A DNA stretch of 64,000 nt from Bacillota bacterium (GTDB lineage Bacteria; Bacillota_I; Bacilli_A; RFN20; CAG-288), in contig JAEWSJ010000006.1 in the NCBI GenBank assembly GCA_023398335.1, positions 70,446-134,445 of the forward strand, written 5' to 3'. Positions 1 to 9,985 of the stretch are shown here, piece by piece. Under the pieces are notes generated by a model. It saw only the letters and a program-made list of their open reading frames with translations, was not told the DNA's origin and ran no database searches. How positions within the stretch are numbered: position 1 is the first letter of the stretch; every line of letters starts with the position of its first letter. The position numbers were made by a program, and so were the translations under genes.

Positions 1-1
1 T

Positions 2-160
2 GTACTTCCACAAACTCCTGAAGCATATGTTTTACATGTGCTTGATGACTTAGATGCAAAGATGAACATTATTGAAAATGCATTGAAGGATGTTGAAGTC
101 GGTGAATTTTCTCAAAAAGTTCCTTTCTTAGATATGAAAGCATATCTAAAAACCAAATAA
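2..160 (+). CDS. C-terminal fragment of an HD-domain 3'-5' exoribonuclease (YhaM-like); 5' end lies outside the window
   Basis: Frame is open from the window edge to TAA at 158-160. The translation VLPQTPEAYVLHVLDDLDAKMNIIENALKDVEVGEFSQKVPFLDMKAYLKTK resembles the YhaM C-terminal tail (TPEA..LH..D.LDAKM ... GE[FY]S). Confidence 0.5.
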   Translation, partial: VLPQTPEAYVLHVLDDLDAKMNIIENALKDVEVGEFSQKVPFLDMKAYLKTK

Positions 161-277
161 TTTTTATTGAAAAAGTTCGAATTTTCGCAATTTGGACTTT
201 TTTTAATGTTTTGATAAAAAACATAAGATATATATATTAAATACTTATGTTATAATATTTTAGATGTAGGTAATATA

Positions 278-2911
278 ATGAACAGTAATAAAGAAGAACA
301 ACTTGAACATAAAATCAATAAAAACAATACATCGATTTTTCTTTCAAAGAGGTGTGTAAATTTTTTATATGGAATCATTTTTGTTTTAATTGGAATTATT
401 GGCTTTTTAAATAAATCAGTGGTTGGTGAAATAGTACTTTATGGTGTCTCTTATGTTTTTGGGAGCTTTGCTTATTTGTTTTTAGCGGTATTAGTTCTTT
501 TAGGATTGTATTTAGTCTTTAAGGGCTACTGGCCAAAGTTTAGAATAAGCTTTACAGGACTTGCAATAATATTCATTTTCCTTTTTGGCACATTAGCGTC
601 AACTATGAGCGTAGAAGGTTTATCGTTTACTACTTATTTGTCTTCTTTCAATACGAAGTTTGGATTAATATCAAAGGGACTAATAATTAATTCAATTACT
701 GATATACCTTCGTTGAATGGCGGTTTTATCGGATACTTTTTATCATCGTTATTCGTTTCCGGACTCGGAGTTATTGGAACGTATGTTTTTACTTATTTGT
801 TCTTGATTTTTGGTTCGGCTTTATTGATTAGAAAACCATGTATATATTTCTATCATTTTATTCAAAAGCAAAATGATAATGCTAAGATTAAGAAAGCACA
901 AAGCAAAGCTAATACTACAGATAAAAAAGTTGAACCTATCGAAGTAAAGAAAGAGGATACTTCAACATATTCTCCAAATCCGTTTAAAGAAAAGAACACT
1001 ATCTTTGTAGAGAAAAAAGAAGTCCCACTTTCAAATAAAGCAGATAATCAAGAAAATGATGTCGAAGATGATGACGATGTCGAGGAATCGCCATTTAATA
1101 AAAATAGAAATTATGTTCCTCTTTCTCAAAGTGGGGTGAATTCACAATCAATTTCTCAACAAGCATCTTCGCCTTTTAAAAGTACTACTTCCGTTTTGCC
1201 ATCTAAAGAAGAAGTACTTAGGGAATATAACACTCCTTCTTTTGAAGAGAGCAAAAAAGAAGTGATTGAAGAAGTAATTAATGAAGAACCACTGGTTCAA
1301 ATGAAACGTACTTTTGAAGTTGATAAACCAGATTATCTTAAGGTTGAAGAAGAGGAAGAGGTGGAAACAGTAGTGGATGATATTGATCGTCACGTTCAAG
1401 AGAGAAAATCTCCGGTAAATTCCACTCCAACACCACATATATTTTCTTCAGGTATTCAGTCTGTTGCTCAAACTAATAACAATTATGTTTTACCATCTAT
1501 ATCTTTATTAGTTAAAAGACAAGATTTCGGTAAATTTGAGCAAAATCAAAGAGATGCTGAGAACAAAATTACTGTAATTAATAGTGTCTTTAAGAATTTT
1601 GATATTCGAGCTTCGGTTCAATCTTTTACTATTGGTCCTACAGTTACTAGATTTAACATCGCTCGTGAACAAGGCGTAAAAGTTAATCAAATAGCTGGCT
1701 TAGCAGAGGAAATGCAGATTGCTTTAAAAGGCGATATGTCAGTGAGAATTGAACCAGTTGTTAGAGGGCAAGATACTTCTGGTGTTGAAGTTGCAAATGT
1801 AGCTCCAACCATGGTTTCTTTCTATGATTGTTACGCTCAATTATTAAAACACCCAGAGCAAAAATTATTGATTCCTCTTGGTGAAGATATCTCATCCGAA
1901 GTTATAACAACATCAATTGATTCTTTACCTCATATGTTGGTCTCAGGAACAACAGGTTCAGGTAAATCAGTCTTTATTCATTCGATATTGCTTACGCTTA
2001 TTATGAGAAATTATCCAAATGAATTAAAATTAATCTTAATCGATCCAAAGAAAGTTGAGTTTATTAGATATACAAATATTCCACATCTTTATTGCCCTAT
2101 TATTGATGATGCTTTACGCGCAGTTGCAACGCTAAAAAAACTTGTAGCTGAGATGGAAAGAAGATACTCATTATTATCATTATGTGGGGCTTCAAAACTT
2201 GAAGAATACAATGAGATGAGAAAGACTAGCCCTGATTTAGAAGAGCTACCAAATCTTATTTGCGTCATAGATGAATTTGCTGATTTGATGATGCAAGCTC
2301 CAAAAGATGTTGATATTCTTACTCAACGCTTAGCTCAAAAAGGACGTGCTTCAGGCATTTATTTAATCATCGCTACACAACGTCCAACAGTAAATTGTAT
2401 TACTGGTACTATTAAAGCTAATATTCCTACTCGTATTGCCTTATCAGTATCTTCTTCGCTTGATTCTCGAACAATTCTTGATGAGAATGGTGCTGAATCA
2501 TTAGTAGGTAGAGGAGATTTATTAGCTCGTGTTCCACAATATAAGCAACTGATCCGTTTACAATCTGCTTATGTTTCTAATGAAGAAATCACAGCGGTAG
2601 TAAATTATCTAAAAGCCCAAAGTAAACCATGCTTTAATCCTGAATTTTTGAACTTTGAAAAGACTGCACAAGATGCATTTTCTTCCGCTGATGATTCGTA
2701 TCACGGAAACGGAGATGATGAATTGTTTGAAGATGTTAAAAGTTTTGTTATTCAAAATAGAGTGGCATCAACTTCTCAACTTCAAAAGGTCTTTAAAATA
2801 GGTTATGGAAGAGCGTCGGGAATTCTTGATGCTTTAGAAGATCAAGGCGTTATTAAAACTGTAGGCAATGGTAGGCGTGAAGTCGTTCAAATGGACGACG
2901 AAGAATTATAA
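278..2911 (+). CDS. ftsK: DNA translocase FtsK/SpoIIIE
   Basis: 877 aa. N-terminal multi-TM region, acidic/Ser-rich linker, Walker A GTTGSGKS, Walker B VIDEFADLM, ATQRP motif, and a C-terminal gamma winged-helix (STSQLQKVFKIGYGRASGILDALEDQGVI). Confidence 0.95.
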   Translation: MNSNKEEQLEHKINKNNTSIFLSKRCVNFLYGIIFVLIGIIGFLNKSVVGEIVLYGVSYVFGSFAYLFLAVLVLLGLYLVFKGYWPKFRISFTGLAIIFIFLFGTLASTMSVEGLSFTTYLSSFNTKFGLISKGLIINSITDIPSLNGGFIGYFLSSLFVSGLGVIGTYVFTYLFLIFGSALLIRKPCIYFYHFIQKQNDNAKIKKAQSKANTTDKKVEPIEVKKEDTSTYSPNPFKEKNTIFVEKKEVPLSNKADNQENDVEDDDDVEESPFNKNRNYVPLSQSGVNSQSISQQASSPFKSTTSVLPSKEEVLREYNTPSFEESKKEVIEEVINEEPLVQMKRTFEVDKPDYLKVEEEEEVETVVDDIDRHVQERKSPVNSTPTPHIFSSGIQSVAQTNNNYVLPSISLLVKRQDFGKFEQNQRDAENKITVINSVFKNFDIRASVQSFTIGPTVTRFNIAREQGVKVNQIAGLAEEMQIALKGDMSVRIEPVVRGQDTSGVEVANVAPTMVSFYDCYAQLLKHPEQKLLIPLGEDISSEVITTSIDSLPHMLVSGTTGSGKSVFIHSILLTLIMRNYPNELKLILIDPKKVEFIRYTNIPHLYCPIIDDALRAVATLKKLVAEMERRYSLLSLCGASKLEEYNEMRKTSPDLEELPNLICVIDEFADLMMQAPKDVDILTQRLAQKGRASGIYLIIATQRPTVNCITGTIKANIPTRIALSVSSSLDSRTILDENGAESLVGRGDLLARVPQYKQLIRLQSAYVSNEEITAVVNYLKAQSKPCFNPEFLNFEKTAQDAFSSADDSYHGNGDDELFEDVKSFVIQNRVASTSQLQKVFKIGYGRASGILDALEDQGVIKTVGNGRREVVQMDDEEL

Positions 2912-2923
2912 GGAGAAAGAAAT

Positions 2924-4153
2924 ATGCGCGAAGTTAGATTTGAAAAATTAGATAAAACATCATTTCAGATGGTCCTTGAAAATGGATTAAAAGTTATTGT
3001 TGCTCCGATGACAAAGGCTAAAGAGGTTACTCTTGGTGTTAGTGTTGGCAAAGGTTTGTTTTTATCTGAAACAAGAATAGGCAATCAAGAAATATTTTTA
3101 GGAACTGCTAGTTACTTACAAGAAATTATTATGAAATATCATGCCAAAGAAGCAGATGTGCTATTTTCTAATGAGGTAAAAAACACTTCTTCTATCAAAG
3201 AAAGTTATACCAACTATAGTTTTACTGTAGGTCATAAAAACTATCTTGATTATATAACTCCATTGTTAACGTTAGTTGATAAATTTGTTGTTACAAATGA
3301 TGAAGTTGAAAATTTTAAGAGTGATTATTTAGCTTATTCCGAAAAGGAAAACGCCGAGATTAATTATCAAGTTAGAAAAAATTTATATAATGATTCACCT
3401 TTAAAGAAAGATTTATTTGGTAATATTTCTTCAATCAAAAATATTCATTTGGTAAGTTTACGTAAATTTTTCAACGAATATTATGATCCAAGTTACCTTA
3501 CTCTTGTTATCACTGGTAATGTTAAAGCGGAAGATATTGAAAAACAAGTTTTAAATTACCTCTATACTCCTCATGTGAAACATGAAGAAATAAAAGTATC
3601 AAAGTATTTTGAAGATTATCTTTCCGTTCCTTGTGCTGAAGATAAATCGTCTTCAAAAGATTTAACTGTTGCGATTAAATTTAATAAGAGAGAAGATTTA
3701 TTCAATGCAAACGGCGATAAAATATTCGCTTTGTATGAAACGTTACCTAATGTTTTGTTTTCAACTAATAATAAGAGTTTTGTAAAAAATGTTCCGTCAG
3801 TTGAAAAAATTGTTAAATCGGAATTTGTTGAGGGTGGAGAAGATGCATTTTTAATGGTATCTTTTAAAACCAACGATAAAGAAGCGTCGAAGAATGAGAT
3901 TGAAAAATATTTATCTCATCCATCAAAGATAATATCTTTTTTCAATATTAATGCGTTAAAAAGTGAAGTGCTACAAGCTAAGAAAGATCGTTATGTAAAT
4001 AATCCATCCGATTATTTTAATGATATTGTTAAGTCATTAGCTAATGGTTATTTTACTTTATCAATAGTTGAATCTATCAGAAGTTTTGGATTCTTTAAAT
4101 TCAATTCTTTTGTTAAAACAGTTTGTTCATTTAAGAGAATATATATAGCGTAA
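2924..4153 (+). CDS. M16 (insulinase)-like protein, zinc motif degenerate (predicted non-catalytic)
   Basis: 409 aa. The N-terminus LENGLKVIVAP...VGKG...GTASYLQEIIMK...NTSSIKESYTNYSF follows the M16 pattern L.NGl.v...G..e..G.aHflEHm.f...NA.T..d.T.Y, but HxxEH is replaced by SYLQEI. Confidence 0.6.
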   Translation: MREVRFEKLDKTSFQMVLENGLKVIVAPMTKAKEVTLGVSVGKGLFLSETRIGNQEIFLGTASYLQEIIMKYHAKEADVLFSNEVKNTSSIKESYTNYSFTVGHKNYLDYITPLLTLVDKFVVTNDEVENFKSDYLAYSEKENAEINYQVRKNLYNDSPLKKDLFGNISSIKNIHLVSLRKFFNEYYDPSYLTLVITGNVKAEDIEKQVLNYLYTPHVKHEEIKVSKYFEDYLSVPCAEDKSSSKDLTVAIKFNKREDLFNANGDKIFALYETLPNVLFSTNNKSFVKNVPSVEKIVKSEFVEGGEDAFLMVSFKTNDKEASKNEIEKYLSHPSKIISFFNINALKSEVLQAKKDRYVNNPSDYFNDIVKSLANGYFTLSIVESIRSFGFFKFNSFVKTVCSFKRIYIA

Positions 4154-4158
4154 TTATT

Positions 4159-5391
4159 ATGCGAGACATAAGGTTAAAGATTAAAGAGAAGGATAGTGAT
4201 GAGAATTTCATTGTTATTCAAGATGAAAAATACGGTGAGAATGTTTTTTCAACATACTTTATTATTAATAAAGTAAAAGTTGATAAAGCTGCTTTGCTTG
4301 TTTTTGTTAATTTTCTTAATTCTTCAACTTTAGTATATAAAAATAAATGGGAAAAGGAAAAAATAGAGGCTAATTTCTTTTCTTCACATTTATCCTTTGA
4401 ATTATCTGAATTTAGTCATGATTATATCTTAAAAGCTTGTGTTGTTTCTCCATTAAATATGGATCAAATAATGTTTAATCATATTAACGACAGAATACTT
4501 GGTTTCATGAATGAGGTTATGGTTAAAGTTCTGACGCGTAAAGAAAGAGATATCGAAAATGCCAAAAAAGAGATACTGCTTCAAAATATATTTCTGAATA
4601 CCCAAGTCAATTATTTAAGAAAATTATTCTATTTGAATTTTGATTCAAAAAACGTATCTTGTGCGTATTTAACTTGCCAAGGAACGGATTTTTCTCATAT
4701 AAAAAATATTAGTTTTACTAATCTTTTAAATAAGATTAAGGAAAGCCAAAGAATTGTTATTTACATAGGAAACACTGAATTTTCAAGAATGCTTAAATTA
4801 AAAAGCATGATGAAGCCAACTGAAAAAATCTTTCCACTTCGAAAAAACGAATTAGAAATAAATACTATTCGTGAACTTGCAAAAATCAGTGATAAACTAG
4901 TGGGAATTACATATGTCTATAAGAAACCAGAGATTGATTCTGAAAAGAATTTTCTGCTTAGTTTATTAGCGAAAGATGTTTTGTTTAATACTCATAATGG
5001 AGTTATTTGTTCTTTGTTAAAGTCTATTGACGGGTTTAATTCATTATTGGGTTATGATTACTCATACTTTGATAATTTTATTAAAGTATATATGTCTTTT
5101 GCGTATCTGAATAAAGAATCTCTTACTGAACTAGATGGTGTTATTAATAAGGTTAAAGAAGCAAATTTGTTGTTGAATTTTAATTCGTCTAAAGCAAGGC
5201 TAAATGATACTTTATTAGCTTCTTGCTATTCTTTATCTGCCCAAGCGGATTTCATTGCTTTGTCACGTTTACTTGGACTTGATTATTCCTTTGATAAATT
5301 AGTTAATTTGTTGTCAAATATTGAATATGACGATTTTGTTTCGTATTTAAGTCGTATTCATAAATGCGCATATATTGGAGCGAACGAATAA
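4159..5391 (+). CDS. Divergent M16-like / hypothetical protein, middle member of a tandem triplet
   Basis: 410 aa, the same size as its two neighbours and separated from them by only a few nt. Weak M16-like N-terminal pattern (..LVFVNFLNSSTLVYKNKWEKEKIEANFFSSHLSFELSEFSHDY) and no HxxEH. Confidence 0.4.
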   Translation: MRDIRLKIKEKDSDENFIVIQDEKYGENVFSTYFIINKVKVDKAALLVFVNFLNSSTLVYKNKWEKEKIEANFFSSHLSFELSEFSHDYILKACVVSPLNMDQIMFNHINDRILGFMNEVMVKVLTRKERDIENAKKEILLQNIFLNTQVNYLRKLFYLNFDSKNVSCAYLTCQGTDFSHIKNISFTNLLNKIKESQRIVIYIGNTEFSRMLKLKSMMKPTEKIFPLRKNELEINTIRELAKISDKLVGITYVYKKPEIDSEKNFLLSLLAKDVLFNTHNGVICSLLKSIDGFNSLLGYDYSYFDNFIKVYMSFAYLNKESLTELDGVINKVKEANLLLNFNSSKARLNDTLLASCYSLSAQADFIALSRLLGLDYSFDKLVNLLSNIEYDDFVSYLSRIHKCAYIGANE

Positions 5392-5392
5392 T

Positions 5393-6619
5393 ATGAAAAA
5401 TATCTTTAACAAATTAAGTGTTGATTCATTTACTCTAGATTCTGGTGTTAAAGTTTTTATGGTGAATTCTAAAACCTTTACATCTAATGTTGTATCTTTA
5501 TATGTTAATTCAGGTAATGTAATAAAAAGTTCTAAAATTGATTCGGTTACGGTTAATAAAGCTTTTCCATATGTTTTAAGTGAGGCTTTGAAGAATTCAA
5601 AATTCGGAGATTTAGATAATCTAACGTATTTACTTAATACGACATTTAATACGAAAATTACTCCTTCGTATTCCTTATATTCAATTTCTACTAAAAATAG
5701 TCTTGATGAAGCAATTAGATATTTGTCTTTTTATTCTGCTTCTTATGATTGCTCAAGTGATATGTTGGAGAATATAAAGAATAAACTTATAGTTAATTTA
5801 GCTTCACAAGACAAAATGCTTAATGAATTGTATTCGCAACTTGATGTATCCGCTAGGTTTACTAAAGAAGATGTTTTATCAATTAATCAAACTTCTATGC
5901 ATAAGTATTATTCAAGATCTTTTAGTTCGAGTAACATTTGTCTCTTTGCAGTTGGATGCTACGATAAAGATCAAATTAAAAATGTAATTAAAGCTTATCA
6001 TTTTGGCTCATTGAGAAAAGAAGAAGAAACAGTGGATTCTTATCAAGAGAGTTACGAAAAAGTTAACAAAATTATTATTGATAGAAACATTAAAGCAAGT
6101 TATTACCATATAAATTTTGGAGTTAAATTACCTAGCAGAGAAATGATGTTTAAAGATTATGGCAATGAATTATTTGCTTTAAATAATTACGCGAAAAATT
6201 TGATGTTTGGAGAACTTTCTCCGCTTTATAAGAAACTTAATGAAAAGGTCTTTGTTTCGCAATATGTTTCAAATGTTGTTGAAGCGAACGAAGAAACATA
6301 TATTAATGTTATGTTTTATGTCGATGATTATGAGACAGCAATTAAATTAATAAATGACCGCTTGAGTCATAATTGTTCACTTAAGGATTATATGCTGTTT
6401 AGGTCGGTTAAAAGAAAACTAGCGTCTTCTTACTTTATGGAACGTTATGATGTGAGCAAATACCTTTCAACCTTAGTTGAATGTTATGCTAATAACATCG
6501 ATATTGATGAATTTTATAAGAGTGTGGTTTTATTGAAGTTTGGCTCTTACAGAAAATATTCAAAGATGATTAAAAATTGTTCTTCAGTAATTACTATCGA
6601 TAAGGAATTAAATATATGA
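5393..6619 (+). CDS. M16 (insulinase)-like protein, zinc motif degenerate
   Basis: The ORF track starts at TTG 5375. ATG 5393 follows GGAG (5377-5380) and sits 1 nt after the upstream stop, so I prefer it. The pattern FTLDSGVKVFMV...VNSGN...KAFPYVLSEALKNS...NTKITPSYSLYSIS fits M16 topology without HxxEH. Confidence 0.55.
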   Translation: MKNIFNKLSVDSFTLDSGVKVFMVNSKTFTSNVVSLYVNSGNVIKSSKIDSVTVNKAFPYVLSEALKNSKFGDLDNLTYLLNTTFNTKITPSYSLYSISTKNSLDEAIRYLSFYSASYDCSSDMLENIKNKLIVNLASQDKMLNELYSQLDVSARFTKEDVLSINQTSMHKYYSRSFSSSNICLFAVGCYDKDQIKNVIKAYHFGSLRKEEETVDSYQESYEKVNKIIIDRNIKASYYHINFGVKLPSREMMFKDYGNELFALNNYAKNLMFGELSPLYKKLNEKVFVSQYVSNVVEANEETYINVMFYVDDYETAIKLINDRLSHNCSLKDYMLFRSVKRKLASSYFMERYDVSKYLSTLVECYANNIDIDEFYKSVVLLKFGSYRKYSKMIKNCSSVITIDKELNI

Positions 6620-6948
6620 TCGGTGTTGATATAGTTTTAATCTCGAGATTTCAGGAATCGTATTTAGATATTGCTTCGCGTTTTCTTTCGGATAGTGAAA
6701 GAGAAGAAATGAAGAGTTATGAAGCGTGTAGACAAGTGACGTATGTTGCCTCTCGGTTTGCCGGGAAAGAAGCGTATATAAAAGCTTCCTCTAGCAAAAA
6801 AGCTAAACTAAGTGATATAGAAATACTAAATTCTATTGACGGAAAGCCACATTTGTATTATAAAAAAAAGGAATGTGGTGAAATATCCTTATCACATGAT
6901 GAGTATTGCGTCGCATTTGTATTATTAAATAAGAAAGAAGATAACTAA
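6616..6948 (+). CDS. acpS: holo-[acyl-carrier-protein] synthase (4'-phosphopantetheinyl transferase)
   Basis: 110 aa. Starts MIGVDIV.ISRF, contains FAGKEAYIKA and ends ..ISLSHDEYCVAFVLL. ATGA overlap with the upstream stop. Confidence 0.85.
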   Translation: MIGVDIVLISRFQESYLDIASRFLSDSEREEMKSYEACRQVTYVASRFAGKEAYIKASSSKKAKLSDIEILNSIDGKPHLYYKKKECGEISLSHDEYCVAFVLLNKKEDN

Positions 6949-6949
6949 T

Positions 6950-9073
6950 ATGGCTTACCAAAATAACTTTGACGCATTTTTAAGAGAGAATGGAATAATT
7001 GAAGTTTCTATCAATAAGAAACTCAATGCCCACGACATCCAAAATGTTCGTCTATATGAAAACAAAAAATTCATCAAGAAATTAGAGCGCGTATCTAAAA
7101 CTGAATCTAAATCGACTTTTATTTACTCATTTAAGTTGGATTACGTTATTGTTCCAGGACGATTATATGAACTTGCAAATGAACATAACGAGTTTTCGCC
7201 TTTAAATATTTCTTCGATTGTTTTCGATGAAGAATTTGAAAGGAAATATCGTTATGAAGGAGAATTAGGTGCGATATATTCTAAAGAACGAACAATATTT
7301 AGAGTGTTTTCTCCTTTAGCTTCTTCCGGCGTTGTTAAAGTTTTTAAAAGAAGTGAAGATGAAGCAGAATATTTTACTTTCAGAAGAATTGAAGGTGGGG
7401 TGTTAGAAGCTGTCGCTGAAGGAGATTACGATGGTGCAGGGTATTTATTTATCGTTAAGATAAATGGCTATATTGTTTCGGTTGTAGATCCTTACGCTAA
7501 AAGTTTAGGCTCAAATTCGCGTTGCGGATTTGTCATTAATGAAGAGAGTGTTAAAGACATCGATTTAAATTACGATAAATTACCAGTGTTAAAGTCATGG
7601 AATGACGCCTCCATATATGAACTTGATGTTCGTGATATGACTTCTTTAACAAATATTGAAGGCAAAGGAACATATAGCGCTTTGTGTCTCGAAGGTCAAA
7701 AAGATCAATGTTGTAATCCAATTGGTTTCGATTATATTACTTCGTTAAATTTTACTCATATTCAACTTCTTCCTGTATATGATTTTCAAACGATTGATGA
7801 TGATAATCCTTCTTCAATGTATAACTGGGGATATGATCCGTTGTTTTACTTTGCTCCTGAAGGTAGTTATTCTTCTTCTCCTTCCTCTGCATATGCTAGA
7901 GTAAGAGAACTAAGAAAAGTTGTTTCCTCATTCCATAAGAAAGGAATGAGAGTGAATATGGATGTTGTTTTTAACCATACATTTTCACCTATGTCTAATT
8001 CTTTTGAAGCTTTATGTCCAAATTACTATTATCGCTTTAATAATGATAAAACAATGTCAAATGGCTCTATGTGCGGAAATGATTTAGAAACACGTAATTT
8101 TATGGTTAGAAAGTTAATCATTGATGCGTTGGTATATTTTGTAAAAATGTATGGCATGGATGGATTTAGATTTGATTTAATGGGAATAATTGATAAAGTC
8201 ACCTTGAAAAAAGCTTGGATGATACTTAAATCAATTAAGCCTGATATTATGTTTTACGGCGAGGGTTGGGATATGCCGACCGCTCTTGAATCTCATGAAA
8301 AATCTTCGATGAATAACGCCTTTGATTTGGAAAATATCGGATTCTTCAATGATAGATTTAGAGATACCGCTAGAGGAAAAAGCAACGATATAAAAGGCTA
8401 TCTTAATGGTGATTTAAATTATAGAGATGGCTTTAAGCATGTCTTCCTAGGCTCGACTATATCAATTGCATATCCACCTTTATTTGCTCATCCTCATCAA
8501 TCGATAAACTACGTTGAATGCCATGATAATTCCACCTTATTTGATAAGATGGTTTGCTCAAATGGGCATGAAGATGAAGTGACAAGATTAAAACGTGTTA
8601 AATTATTTAATGCGGCGATAATTCTTTCTTATGGTATTCCGTTTATTCATGCCGGACAAGAAGTCGGGTTATCAAAAAACGGTGTCGAGAATTCATATAA
8701 TTCGGGAGACTCGATTAACGGGTTTAAATATGATGTAGCTTATTCAAGAAAGAACATGATTTCATTTATTAATGATGCGATAAAATTAAAACGCTATTCT
8801 CGTTTGTTTTCATTGGATAATAAAAATGAAATTGAGAAAGTGTTAGATTTTGAAGATTTACCAAATGGAGCGTTAGCAGTTCATTACTTTGATGCTGAAA
8901 GTGAAAGAAAGATTGTAGCGATTATCAATCCTTCAAATATTACTGTTAAATATCAATTTGATAAATATTACAAGATAATTTTCAATGAAGCTGGGTGGAT
9001 AAATGAAGAGAATTATTCACAATTAGTCCTTGTAAATGGTATAACATTATTAGTAGCTGTATCGACGAAATAG
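6950..9073 (+). CDS. type I pullulanase / glycogen debranching enzyme (GH13), no signal peptide
   Basis: 707 aa with YNWGYDP, MDVVFNHT, GFRFDLMG, YGEGWD and YVECHDN (GH13 regions I-IV plus the pullulanase-specific YNWGYDP). Confidence 0.9.
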   Translation: MAYQNNFDAFLRENGIIEVSINKKLNAHDIQNVRLYENKKFIKKLERVSKTESKSTFIYSFKLDYVIVPGRLYELANEHNEFSPLNISSIVFDEEFERKYRYEGELGAIYSKERTIFRVFSPLASSGVVKVFKRSEDEAEYFTFRRIEGGVLEAVAEGDYDGAGYLFIVKINGYIVSVVDPYAKSLGSNSRCGFVINEESVKDIDLNYDKLPVLKSWNDASIYELDVRDMTSLTNIEGKGTYSALCLEGQKDQCCNPIGFDYITSLNFTHIQLLPVYDFQTIDDDNPSSMYNWGYDPLFYFAPEGSYSSSPSSAYARVRELRKVVSSFHKKGMRVNMDVVFNHTFSPMSNSFEALCPNYYYRFNNDKTMSNGSMCGNDLETRNFMVRKLIIDALVYFVKMYGMDGFRFDLMGIIDKVTLKKAWMILKSIKPDIMFYGEGWDMPTALESHEKSSMNNAFDLENIGFFNDRFRDTARGKSNDIKGYLNGDLNYRDGFKHVFLGSTISIAYPPLFAHPHQSINYVECHDNSTLFDKMVCSNGHEDEVTRLKRVKLFNAAIILSYGIPFIHAGQEVGLSKNGVENSYNSGDSINGFKYDVAYSRKNMISFINDAIKLKRYSRLFSLDNKNEIEKVLDFEDLPNGALAVHYFDAESERKIVAIINPSNITVKYQFDKYYKIIFNEAGWINEENYSQLVLVNGITLLVAVSTK

Positions 9074-9091
9074 ATTTTTGGAGGAATAAAC

Positions 9092-9886
9092 ATGTTTAAA
9101 TATGTTGGTTTTGTTTTACGAGCGGGGCCGAGAATCCTATTTTCTTATCCATGGATTAGAAAATATTCAAATTACCCGGAGAAGTATGATGCTTTTATTC
9201 GTTACTCCAAAGTTCATAAATTAGATGCAATTACTGTTCATAATTTAAAAACTGAATATTACATATCTGGTGAAGAAGGTCTTCCGAAAGATAAAGCAGT
9301 AGTATTTATGCCAAATCATCAATCTAATATGGATCCTTTATCATTGATTGCTATTTATGATAAACCTTTAACTTTTATCGCTAAAAAAGAAATAGTAAAA
9401 TTTCCTTTTGTCGGAAGAGTAGTTAAATCTATCGATGGTATCTTTATTAATCGACGTAATTTAAGGCAAGAAATTATGGTGGTCAAACAAGCCACTCAAC
9501 TTCTTATTGATCGGCCATATCAAAACTTTGTTATTTTCCCAGAAGGAACAAGATCAAAATCACTGAAGCACGATTTAGGTGAGTTTAAACCTGGCTCTTT
9601 TAAAGTTGCATATAATTCCCATCGACCGATAGTGCCAGTAGCAATATATGGAACATTTAGAGTATTGGATAAAAAAGCAGATATGAAGAGGTTCCCAATA
9701 CAAGTCAAGTTTTTAAATCCAATTTACTATGAAGAATATTCAAAATATAATACGATTGAATTATCTAAAATTGTTGAAGATATCGTAAAAAAAGAAGTCG
9801 ATATTTTGCGTAAGAAAGATGAAGAATTAGTTGCTAAGCACAAATATAAAAACTACAAAAAATCACTGGATATTCCAGGCGTATAA
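9092..9886 (+). CDS. plsC: 1-acyl-sn-glycerol-3-phosphate acyltransferase
   Basis: 264 aa. Acyltransferase motifs NHQSNMDP (HX4D) and FPEGTRS. Confidence 0.85.
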   Translation: MFKYVGFVLRAGPRILFSYPWIRKYSNYPEKYDAFIRYSKVHKLDAITVHNLKTEYYISGEEGLPKDKAVVFMPNHQSNMDPLSLIAIYDKPLTFIAKKEIVKFPFVGRVVKSIDGIFINRRNLRQEIMVVKQATQLLIDRPYQNFVIFPEGTRSKSLKHDLGEFKPGSFKVAYNSHRPIVPVAIYGTFRVLDKKADMKRFPIQVKFLNPIYYEEYSKYNTIELSKIVEDIVKKEVDILRKKDEELVAKHKYKNYKKSLDIPGV

Positions 9887-9913
9887 GATGGGTGTTCCCA
9901 TCTTATTTTTTTT
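9886..9913 (+). terminator. rho-independent terminator after plsC
   Basis: AGATGGG-TGTT-CCCATCT hairpin followed by TATTTTTTTT. Confidence 0.8.
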
Positions 9914-9923
9914 GCCTAAATAA

Positions 9924-9952
9924 TTGAAAATATACAGCGGAAAATATATAAT
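9924..9952 (+). promoter_or_regulatory. sigma-A-type promoter of the Mks-like operon
   Basis: TTGAAA (9924-9929), 17-nt spacer, TATAAT (9947-9952). GAGAGGA Shine-Dalgarno sequence precedes the TTG start at 9986. Confidence 0.6.
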
Positions 9953-9985
9953 TAAGTAGTCAGTAAATTAGAGAGGAACATAATT

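Noticed and set aside
5375-5392. TTG start at 5375 for the third M16-like gene, overlapping the upstream gene by 17 nt
   Set aside because: ATG 5393 has a better-placed GGAG and begins 1 nt after the upstream stop. The extension adds only MERTNN.
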